A stretch of 64,000 nucleotides of DNA from an uncultured virus (IMG/VR IMGVR_UViG_3300015375_000848). Taxonomy: Duplodnaviria > Heunggongvirae > Uroviricota > Caudoviricetes. Positions 43,819 to 51,981 of this stretch are shown in pieces. The stretch lies in the IMG/VR virus record IMGVR_UViG_3300015375_000848, one strand, 5' to 3'. Under the pieces are notes generated by a model. It was not told the DNA's origin and searched no databases. It worked only from the letters and a program-made list of their open reading frames with translations. The translations under genes were made by a program, and so were the position numbers. Numbering within the stretch: position 1 is the stretch's first letter; every line of letters starts with the position of its first letter.

Positions 43819-46800
43819 ATGAGTACAACATTTCTAGGAGGAGACGGGTTCGGTTTTATAGGCGGTGGTGCTGGAAGCGGTACTGGGTCTGCGGGAACTA
43901 GTGGTACAAGCTTTGGTAGCTCGGGAACCAGTGGTAATTCTGGCTCTAGCGGTACTAGCGGGAATAGCGGTAGCTCTGGTACAAGTGCTTTATCTGGTAC
44001 TTCTGGAACCGCTGGCACTTCAGGAACACATGGTTCTTCAGGTTCCTCTGGAACTTCAGGATTAACTGGTTCGTCTGGAACGAGTGGTGATTCTGGCTCT
44101 AGCGGTACTAGCGGTGATGCTGGGAGTTCTGGAACATCAGGTCAATCAGGAACTTCTGGAGAAACTGGCACTTCTGGCGCAGACGGTTCTAGTGGAACCT
44201 CTGGTGAAAGTGGCACTTCAGGTGCAGACGGCTCTAGCGGAACATCTGGTGAAACTGGTACTTCAGGTGCAGACGGCTCTAGCGGAACTTCTGGAACATC
44301 AGCACAAGACGGAACAAGTGGAATAGATGGTACTTCTGGAACTAGTGGTGAATCAGGTACATCAGGTACCGATGGCTCTTCTGGAACTTCTGGTTCTAGC
44401 GGAACTTCTGGCTCTAGCGGTACATCAGCGACAGACGGTTCTTCAGGTACAAGTGGATTTGAAGGAACTTCAGGTACAAGCGGTGAAAACGGAACTTCAG
44501 GCATAAACGGTACTTCTGGTCAAGACGGCTCTTCTGGAACAAGTGGAACAGCTGGTTCAAGTGGAGAATCTGGTACATCAGGAACCGATGGGTCTTCAGG
44601 GACTTCTGGGGAATCAGGTACAACTGGTACATCAGGAACCGATGGCTCTTCAGGAACCTCTGGCTCTAGTGGGGAATCTGGTACTTCTGGAACATCTGGA
44701 GAAAGCGGAACATCTGGAGAATCAGGTAGTTCTGGCTCTAGTGGCACATCAGGAACTGATGGCTCAAGCGGTACGAGTGCAGAAACGGGAACTTCAGGTA
44801 CAGATGGTTCTTCTGGAACCTCTGGCGAAAATGGAACTTCGGGCACAAGTGGAGAAAACGGTACTTCAGGAACAGATGGAAGCAATGGAACATCTGGCAT
44901 AGATGGAACCTCTGGAACCTCTGCTACAAGCGGGTCTGCTGGTACATCTGGTACTTCAGCAACCGATGGCTCTAGCGGTACAAGTGGCGATAACGGAACT
45001 TCAGGTACAGACGGAAGCTCTGGAACTTCTGGAGCGGATGGCTCCTCTGGGACTAGCGGTACATCAGGTTCAAGTGGTACAGACGGAAGCTCTGGAACTA
45101 CTGGAACGGACGGTTCTTCTGGAACAAGTGGAGATTCAGGTACTTCAGGTACGGATGGCTCATCAGGTACTTCTGGTGAAAATGGCACTTCAGGCACTAG
45201 TGGCGAAAATGGAACTGCTGGTACATCGGGAACAGATGGCTCTTCGGGCACAGACGGCTCAAGCGGTACATCTGGAACGAGTGGCTCTTCAGGAACCGCT
45301 GGTACATCGGGTGCTACTGGCACATCTGGTACAGACGGCTCCTCTGGAACAAGTGGAGAAACGGGTACTTCAGGAACCGATGGCTCTTCTGGAACTTCAG
45401 GCGAAAACGGAACTTCAGGAACAGATGGTTCTTCTGGTACATCAGCCTCATCGGGCAGCTCTGGAACTTCAGGAACAGATGGTTCTTCTGGCACTTCAGG
45501 TACAGACGGGTCTTCAGGTACGGATGGTTCTAGTGGTACGTCAGGAACAGATGGTTCTTCAGGTACTTCGGGTACAGACGGCTCTTCAGGTACGGATGGC
45601 TCCTCTGGAACTTCTGGAGAAAATGGTTCTAGCGGTACCTCTGGCACCTCTGGTACAGCAGGAAGCTCTGGAACATCTGCAACCGATGGTTCTTCAGGTA
45701 GTTCGGGAACCTCTGGTGAAAACGGAACATCGGGAACAGACGGCTCTAGTGGTACTTCTGGCACATCTGCCAGTTCGGGTTCTTCTGGAACCTCTGGTAC
45801 AGATGGCTCTTCAGGCACAGACGGCTCAAGCGGTACTTCTGGAACCTCTGGAAGCTCGGGAACCGATGGCTCAAGTGGAACATCAGGTACAGACGGGTCT
45901 AGTGGTACTTCTGGCACATCAGCCAGTTCTGGTTCTTCTGGAACCTCTGGTACAGATGGCTCTTCAGGCACAGACGGCTCTAGCGGTACTTCTGGAACAG
46001 ATGGTTCTTCAGGAACCTCTGGTACTTCAGGAACCGATGGCTCAAACGGCACTTCTGGAACATCAGGTACAGACGGCTCAAATGGCACTTCTGGAACAGC
46101 TGGAACCTCCGCTAGCGATGGTAGTTCAGGTACATCAGGAACTGATGGCTCTTCTGGGACTAGTGGAACTTCGGGTTCTTCAGGAACATCAGGCACGTCT
46201 GGCACCTCTGGAACAAGTGGTACTGATGGAACAACGTGTGAGAGTTATACAATTATAGCTCCTTGTGGAACTACAACAACGTCCACAACCACATCTACAA
46301 CAACTACTGGTGCAGTTTGTGAGTGTTATTCATTAACTAATGATGGAGACCCCACAAATACAAATACAACAAATTATACCGATTGCGATGGCAACCCGCA
46401 GACAATAACTAATAAGGTCTTTAATTCGGCTGCTACTTATTTCTGTGCGTTATCTGGAACAATCACGTTCTCTTCTGGACTAACTGTTATTCAGGTAGCA
46501 GATACTCCTTCTACATGTAACGGGTGTGGAGCTTCTTCTACAACATCTACAACCACTTCGACCACCACGTCAGTATCTTTAGAATCTGGTAGTTACTCAT
46601 ATTCTTACACCGATTGTAATGGTACTCCAGTTTCAGGAACACTTAGCGATTGCCAGCAATTAACATTCTGTGCGATAAGAGGCTCTGTAACTTGGGCTCA
46701 TACGCTGGTGGATAATGGAGTATGTGCTGGAACAAGCGGAACATCTGGTACTTCAGGCACTTCTGGTACATCTGGTACTTCAGGCTCCTCTGGAACAAGC

Positions 46801-48840
46801 GGTTCTTCAGGAACTTCTGGTACTTCAGGCTCCAGTGGCTCTTCAGGAACTAGCGGAACCTCTGGTTCATCTGGAACTAGCGCAACAGACGGCTCTAGCG
46901 GTACTTCTGGAACAGATGGAAGCTCGGGAACTAGTGGAACAGATGGCTCTTCAGGAACATCTGGTTCTAGCGGAACGAGTGCATCTTCAGGAAGCTCTGG
47001 TACCGATGGCTCTTCTGGTACATCGGGAACATCAGGTTCTTCAGGAACCAGCGGTACTTCTGGCTCTTCTGGTACTTCTGGAACAGATGGAAGCTCTGGA
47101 ACAAGTGGTGAAAGTGGAACAGCTGGAACTTCTGGCTCAAGTGGCTCTAGCGGTACTAGTGCATCTAGCGGTACAGCTGGAACATCAGGAAACACTGGTT
47201 CCTCTGGAACATCAGGACAAAATGGAGTAGCGGGTGGATTAGTATTGTATCTAAATGAATCTGTCAATACTAGTAGTGCAATAGGAACACCTACATATAA
47301 ACAGTGGAGCGCAACTGCAACTGGAGCAGCTGAACAAACTATTACTACATCAATTGCTGGTAATACGAGAACACTTTTTGCAACTTTTGCGACTGATTCT
47401 AATGTTCCTAATGTAACCAGCATACCCTCTGGTCTTTGGGCTTGGGTAACTCATTTCTCCATAGATAGTAATGATACTCTTCAAGTAGATGTAGAGCTCT
47501 ATAAATGTGATTCAACGGGTGGTAACATAACATTATTGGGAACCACCAACCTTGATACCGAGTCCATGACCACTAACGTTATCAAGGAATTTTTTACTGA
47601 TTTATTCTTAGGTCAAACTGGTGCGAATGCTACAGATAGGCTTTACTGCCAAATCTATGTAGAACATAATGGCGGTTCAAATAAGAATATAACATTTTAT
47701 TCAGAAGGAACAAGTAATTATTCATACGCACAAACTACGTTTACTCCCCCTAGCGGAACGAGTGGAACAAGTGGTGTAAATGGAACTAGTGGTACTGCTG
47801 GCTCTTCAGGTACTTCAGCGACTTCGGGCTCTTCAGGCACAACGGGCACTTCTGGAACAGATGGCTCTAGCGGAAGCTCTGGTACCTCTGGTACATCAGG
47901 CTCTTCTGGGACAAGCGCAACAGATGGTTCTTCTGGTACATCAGCCAGCTCTGGTTCCTCTGGAACTAGCGGAACAGACGGCTCTTCGGGTACTTCAGGT
48001 TCTAGCGGTTCTTCAGGTACCTCTGGAACAGATGGCTCAAGCGGAACCTCTGGCACCTCTGGGACAAGCGGTTCTTCAGGGACAAGTGCAACAGACGGCT
48101 CTTCTGGTACATCAGCCAGCTCGGGCTCTTCTGGAACAAGCGGAACAGATGGTTCTTCGGGTACTTCAGGTTCAGATGGAAGCTCTGGAACGAGTGGAAC
48201 AGATGGCTCAAGCGGTACATCAGCCAGCTCGGGCTCTTCAGGAACAAGTGGAGTAAACGGAACTTCGGGTACAGATGGCTCTTCTGGTACTAGCGCATCT
48301 TCAGGAAGCTCTGGCACATCAGGTACTTCGGGTACAGATGGCTCTTCTGGTACATCAGCTAGCTCGGGGTCAAGTGGAACGGATGGCTCTTCAGGTACTT
48401 CTGGCTCTTCTGGAACATCAGGAACTGCTGGCTCTTCTGGAACTAGCGGAACCGATGGTTCAAGTGGTACTTCGGCATCAAGCGGTAGCTCTGGAACGTC
48501 AGGAACATCGGGTACGGCTGGCTCATCAGGTACGGCTGCTACGGATGGCTCCAGTGGCACATCTGGTGAAAACGGAACTTCGGGAACCTCTGGCTCTTCG
48601 GGAACGTCAGCTAGCTCGGGCTCAAGCGGAACGTCAGGAACCTCTGGTTCTAGTGGAACGTCAGGTTCTTCTGGAACATCAGGAACTGCTGGCTCCAGCG
48701 GAACAGACGGCTCTTCGGGAACCTCTGGAAGCTCTGGTTCTTCAGGAACTGCAGCTACGAGCGGTAGCGCAGGAACCTCTGGAAATACAGCGGAGTTTTC
48801 TGGAACAAGTAGCACTTCAATAACACTCCCATTAACTTAA
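43819..48840 (+). CDS. Giant collagen-like (Gly-Thr/Ser-Ser) fibre protein with internal Cys/Thr-rich and beta-sandwich domains
   Basis: About 1290 aa of Gly-X-Y in three blocks; globular inserts at about 46235-46730 and 47230-47750. Confidence 0.85.
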   Translation: MSTTFLGGDGFGFIGGGAGSGTGSAGTSGTSFGSSGTSGNSGSSGTSGNSGSSGTSALSGTSGTAGTSGTHGSSGSSGTSGLTGSSGTSGDSGSSGTSGDAGSSGTSGQSGTSGETGTSGADGSSGTSGESGTSGADGSSGTSGETGTSGADGSSGTSGTSAQDGTSGIDGTSGTSGESGTSGTDGSSGTSGSSGTSGSSGTSATDGSSGTSGFEGTSGTSGENGTSGINGTSGQDGSSGTSGTAGSSGESGTSGTDGSSGTSGESGTTGTSGTDGSSGTSGSSGESGTSGTSGESGTSGESGSSGSSGTSGTDGSSGTSAETGTSGTDGSSGTSGENGTSGTSGENGTSGTDGSNGTSGIDGTSGTSATSGSAGTSGTSATDGSSGTSGDNGTSGTDGSSGTSGADGSSGTSGTSGSSGTDGSSGTTGTDGSSGTSGDSGTSGTDGSSGTSGENGTSGTSGENGTAGTSGTDGSSGTDGSSGTSGTSGSSGTAGTSGATGTSGTDGSSGTSGETGTSGTDGSSGTSGENGTSGTDGSSGTSASSGSSGTSGTDGSSGTSGTDGSSGTDGSSGTSGTDGSSGTSGTDGSSGTDGSSGTSGENGSSGTSGTSGTAGSSGTSATDGSSGSSGTSGENGTSGTDGSSGTSGTSASSGSSGTSGTDGSSGTDGSSGTSGTSGSSGTDGSSGTSGTDGSSGTSGTSASSGSSGTSGTDGSSGTDGSSGTSGTDGSSGTSGTSGTDGSNGTSGTSGTDGSNGTSGTAGTSASDGSSGTSGTDGSSGTSGTSGSSGTSGTSGTSGTSGTDGTTCESYTIIAPCGTTTTSTTTSTTTTGAVCECYSLTNDGDPTNTNTTNYTDCDGNPQTITNKVFNSAATYFCALSGTITFSSGLTVIQVADTPSTCNGCGASSTTSTTTSTTTSVSLESGSYSYSYTDCNGTPVSGTLSDCQQLTFCAIRGSVTWAHTLVDNGVCAGTSGTSGTSGTSGTSGTSGSSGTSGSSGTSGTSGSSGSSGTSGTSGSSGTSATDGSSGTSGTDGSSGTSGTDGSSGTSGSSGTSASSGSSGTDGSSGTSGTSGSSGTSGTSGSSGTSGTDGSSGTSGESGTAGTSGSSGSSGTSASSGTAGTSGNTGSSGTSGQNGVAGGLVLYLNESVNTSSAIGTPTYKQWSATATGAAEQTITTSIAGNTRTLFATFATDSNVPNVTSIPSGLWAWVTHFSIDSNDTLQVDVELYKCDSTGGNITLLGTTNLDTESMTTNVIKEFFTDLFLGQTGANATDRLYCQIYVEHNGGSNKNITFYSEGTSNYSYAQTTFTPPSGTSGTSGVNGTSGTAGSSGTSATSGSSGTTGTSGTDGSSGSSGTSGTSGSSGTSATDGSSGTSASSGSSGTSGTDGSSGTSGSSGSSGTSGTDGSSGTSGTSGTSGSSGTSATDGSSGTSASSGSSGTSGTDGSSGTSGSDGSSGTSGTDGSSGTSASSGSSGTSGVNGTSGTDGSSGTSASSGSSGTSGTSGTDGSSGTSASSGSSGTDGSSGTSGSSGTSGTAGSSGTSGTDGSSGTSASSGSSGTSGTSGTAGSSGTAATDGSSGTSGENGTSGTSGSSGTSASSGSSGTSGTSGSSGTSGSSGTSGTAGSSGTDGSSGTSGSSGSSGTAATSGSAGTSGNTAEFSGTSSTSITLPLT

Positions 48841-48867
48841 AATGTGCACTAATTTCAGAAGATATAA

Positions 48868-51600
48868 ATGCCTAGTTACTCTAACATAACTATAACCACT
48901 AACACTGGACTAGCCTATAAAGCAAATGATTTTGTCCAGCTAAGTAATAGCTCAACTGATTACATAATTGGTAGGGTTGTATCATACAATCCCGCTAATG
49001 GTCAGATGGTTGTTACACCTTATTTCTTTGAGGGTAGTGGAACGTTTACTAGCTGGGAAGTAAATCTTACGGGTGCTTTTGGTACTTCTGGAACTAGCGG
49101 AACAACGGGCACTTCGGCTTCATCAGGCTCTTCGGGAACCTCCGCAACTTCAGGTAGCTCTGGTAACTCTGGCTCCTCTGCAACTAGCGGAACAACGGGC
49201 ACTTCAGGAACTTCAGGCACTGCGGGAGCTAGCGGTCAAAGTGCAAGCTCTGGTACAGCGGGTTCTAAGGGCTCTTCTGGTACGAGTGGTACAAACGGTT
49301 CCTCTGGTACTAATGGCGAGTCTGGCTCTACGGGAACATCGGGAACAACTGGAGAGAGTGGCGGAACAAACGGAGTTTCAGGCTCTTCAGGTCTCTCTGC
49401 CTCTTCTGGAACGTCAGGGGCTAGTGGGTCTACGGGCACCTCTGGACTATCTGGTGGAACATCAGGAACCAGCGGAAGCTCGGGAACCAGTGGCTCTTCA
49501 GGCGAAGCCAGCTCTTCTGGTACTAGTGGTACTAGCAATGGTACATCAGGAGTATCGGGAACCAGTGGCTCAAGCGGTACAAGTGCAACAAATGGCTCTA
49601 ATGGAACATCTGGAACCTCTGGAGAGAGTACTAATGCTACGGCTGGTACTGCTGGAACATCAGGGGTGTCAAATACAAGCGGTTCAAGCGGTACATCTGC
49701 TACAGCTGGCTCCTCTGGCACGTCAGGCTCTACGGGTGCTGCTGGTGTATCTGGTAATAGCGGTACATCAGGTTCTAGCGGAACGGCTGGAACAAACGGT
49801 GCTGCCGTTACCACACCTTCTAGCGGTTCTAGCGGTACAGCGGGCTCTTCGGGAACATCAGGTTCAAGTGGTGCAACGCCAACACAAGGCGTAAGTGGGC
49901 AAAGTGGTAGCTCGGGAACCAGCGGGACATCAGGCTCCAGTGGTGCTGCACAAAGTCAAGGCTCAAATGGGACTAGTGGTAGCTCGGGAGTATCAGCAAC
50001 AAGTGGGTCTAATGGAACTTCTGGCTCTTCAGGCGTTAGTGGTTTAAGTGGCACTAATGGCTCGGCTGGCACTAGTGGTTCAAACGGCTCTTCTGGTGTT
50101 TCTGGGGCTAGTACTGTTTCTAGCATTTCTGGTACTTCTGGTACATCAGGTTCAAGTGGTGCGGGTCAATCGAATGGTTCTTCTGGAACCTCTGGCTCAA
50201 ATGGAACGAACGGTACATCGGGTTCGAGCGGTGCTGTTGCATCCAACGGTGTTTCGGGAACTTCTGGCTCTAGCGGTACCAGCGGTGTGAGCGGAGGCAG
50301 TGGCTCTAACGGAGCTAATGGAGGCTCTGGCGTAAGCGGGGGTAGTGGCGTTTCTGGAGGCAGTGGAACGAGCGGGTCAAGTGGAGCAGCTGGAATGAGT
50401 GGAGGAAGTGGCTCTAGCGGTACCAGCGGTGTGAGCGGGGAAAACGGTGTATCTAGAAGCAATGGTGTAGCGGGAATTAATGGTTCTAGTGGTACAAGCG
50501 GTACAACGGGAAATAATGGACTTTTTGGTTTATCTGGGAAAAGTGGTATTTCTGGCAGCTCTGGAACTTCGGGAGTAGCTGGAGCTAGCGGAGCTGGCAC
50601 AACTTCTGGTCTTTCTAGTAGTAGTGGTACCTCTGGTAGTTCAGGCAGCAACGGCCCCAGTGGAGCTAATGGAACAAGTGGTGTTAATGGAGGTGCGGGC
50701 GCAAATGGAACGAGTGGGTCATCTGGTACTAATGGAAAAAATAATAGCTCAATTTTTGGTGTTGATTGGGCAACAACATGTGGTAGCTGCAACGTTGTAC
50801 CTTGTGGCTCAGTAGCTTCAGTTAATGGAGAATATAATTTAACTAATACTGTAACTGTCAAACAAAGTTGTACTACGGGGGTATTTGGTAGATATACTAG
50901 TAATGCGTGCTGCGCAAGGTGTAGCTTTATGTTAGGCGGGGGAGATAATGCAATTGGTGAAGCTGGTGGCACGTGCCCTATAGCATATGCAGCAATATTG
51001 GGAGGAAATACCAATAAAATTTCTCCTGCTGCTTGTGCTTTTAATATGTGTTATAACGCAATTTTAGGTGGCTATGGCAATCGTATTACTGAAAGTGTTT
51101 GTTATGGTGCAATAGCAGGAGCTATAAACGGATGTATAAAAGGAGCTAGCTGTTTTAGTTTAGTACTTGGTGGTAATTATCTTACAATTACTGGCCAGAC
51201 ATTTAAAACATGTGTTCCAAACTTGCAAAAAACTAGTGGTAAATTTTCAATTCCTCATCCAAATCCAGCAAAAAAGTGTGTAATGCTAAACCACTCCTTT
51301 GTTGAAACGCCAACAGCTGGAGATAATATATATAAATATAGAGTTCAGACTGAAAATTGCAAAGCAACGATAGAGCTCCCAGATTACTACAAATATTTAA
51401 ATTGTAATGACCAAGTTCACGTAAGCCCAATAGATAGCTTCGGTAACGCATATGGAATGATAGATAGTTGTCAGGCTTCGATATCTATTTGCACTACAGA
51501 AGAAGGAAAATATGACGTAATTTTGATAGGAACAAGAAAAGATGAAGATGCATTAAAAACAAGGATAGCAAATGTAGGAGCAGAACAAATATGTTTATAG
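48868..51600 (+). CDS. Collagen-like fibre protein paralog A
   Basis: Shared N-terminal TGL.Y...VVSYN..G....W.V.L.G domain; about 550 aa Gly-X-Y; Cys-rich ILGG repeats; C-terminal HP.P..H..VETP..GDN..LPDYYK..GTRKD domain. Confidence 0.85.
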   Translation: MPSYSNITITTNTGLAYKANDFVQLSNSSTDYIIGRVVSYNPANGQMVVTPYFFEGSGTFTSWEVNLTGAFGTSGTSGTTGTSASSGSSGTSATSGSSGNSGSSATSGTTGTSGTSGTAGASGQSASSGTAGSKGSSGTSGTNGSSGTNGESGSTGTSGTTGESGGTNGVSGSSGLSASSGTSGASGSTGTSGLSGGTSGTSGSSGTSGSSGEASSSGTSGTSNGTSGVSGTSGSSGTSATNGSNGTSGTSGESTNATAGTAGTSGVSNTSGSSGTSATAGSSGTSGSTGAAGVSGNSGTSGSSGTAGTNGAAVTTPSSGSSGTAGSSGTSGSSGATPTQGVSGQSGSSGTSGTSGSSGAAQSQGSNGTSGSSGVSATSGSNGTSGSSGVSGLSGTNGSAGTSGSNGSSGVSGASTVSSISGTSGTSGSSGAGQSNGSSGTSGSNGTNGTSGSSGAVASNGVSGTSGSSGTSGVSGGSGSNGANGGSGVSGGSGVSGGSGTSGSSGAAGMSGGSGSSGTSGVSGENGVSRSNGVAGINGSSGTSGTTGNNGLFGLSGKSGISGSSGTSGVAGASGAGTTSGLSSSSGTSGSSGSNGPSGANGTSGVNGGAGANGTSGSSGTNGKNNSSIFGVDWATTCGSCNVVPCGSVASVNGEYNLTNTVTVKQSCTTGVFGRYTSNACCARCSFMLGGGDNAIGEAGGTCPIAYAAILGGNTNKISPAACAFNMCYNAILGGYGNRITESVCYGAIAGAINGCIKGASCFSLVLGGNYLTITGQTFKTCVPNLQKTSGKFSIPHPNPAKKCVMLNHSFVETPTAGDNIYKYRVQTENCKATIELPDYYKYLNCNDQVHVSPIDSFGNAYGMIDSCQASISICTTEEGKYDVILIGTRKDEDALKTRIANVGAEQICL

Positions 51601-51621
51601 TAATTAATTAACCCAAAATAT

Positions 51622-51978
51622 ATGTTAGTAGCATTAATTAACCCGCCAGCAAAAAAAGTTCTTCAAACAACACCGTTTGCAACTGAAGAAATTTTAGCAC
51701 CTCAAATGACCGCAAAGTGTACAAGACTTGTAATTGGTGATTCATCTGAAACAATAGAATTTGATATTCGTTTTGGTGAAGTCTACAATACGACTAATCC
51801 AGATGGTTCAATCCGACCAATGTTTAAGCTTATGGTGCACCACCATTTACGATTTACCCAAAGTGAACTATCAGATTGGGGCACAGACGATAGTTATGTA
51901 TATTATAAAATAGCGGAAAGGCTTGGATTTCAAATAACTTCATTAACAGAGGTACAAGGATTAAATTTCGGCAACTAA
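51622..51978 (+). CDS. Hypothetical protein (possible fibre assembly factor)
   Basis: Sits between fibre genes; WGTDDSY....IA..LG motif. Confidence 0.55.
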   Translation: MLVALINPPAKKVLQTTPFATEEILAPQMTAKCTRLVIGDSSETIEFDIRFGEVYNTTNPDGSIRPMFKLMVHHHLRFTQSELSDWGTDDSYVYYKIAERLGFQITSLTEVQGLNFGN

Positions 51979-51981
51979 TAC

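Noticed and set aside
48838..48870. Stop-codon readthrough fusing the first two fibre genes
   Set aside because: They are in the same frame, but three TAA codons (48838, 48850, 48865) intervene.
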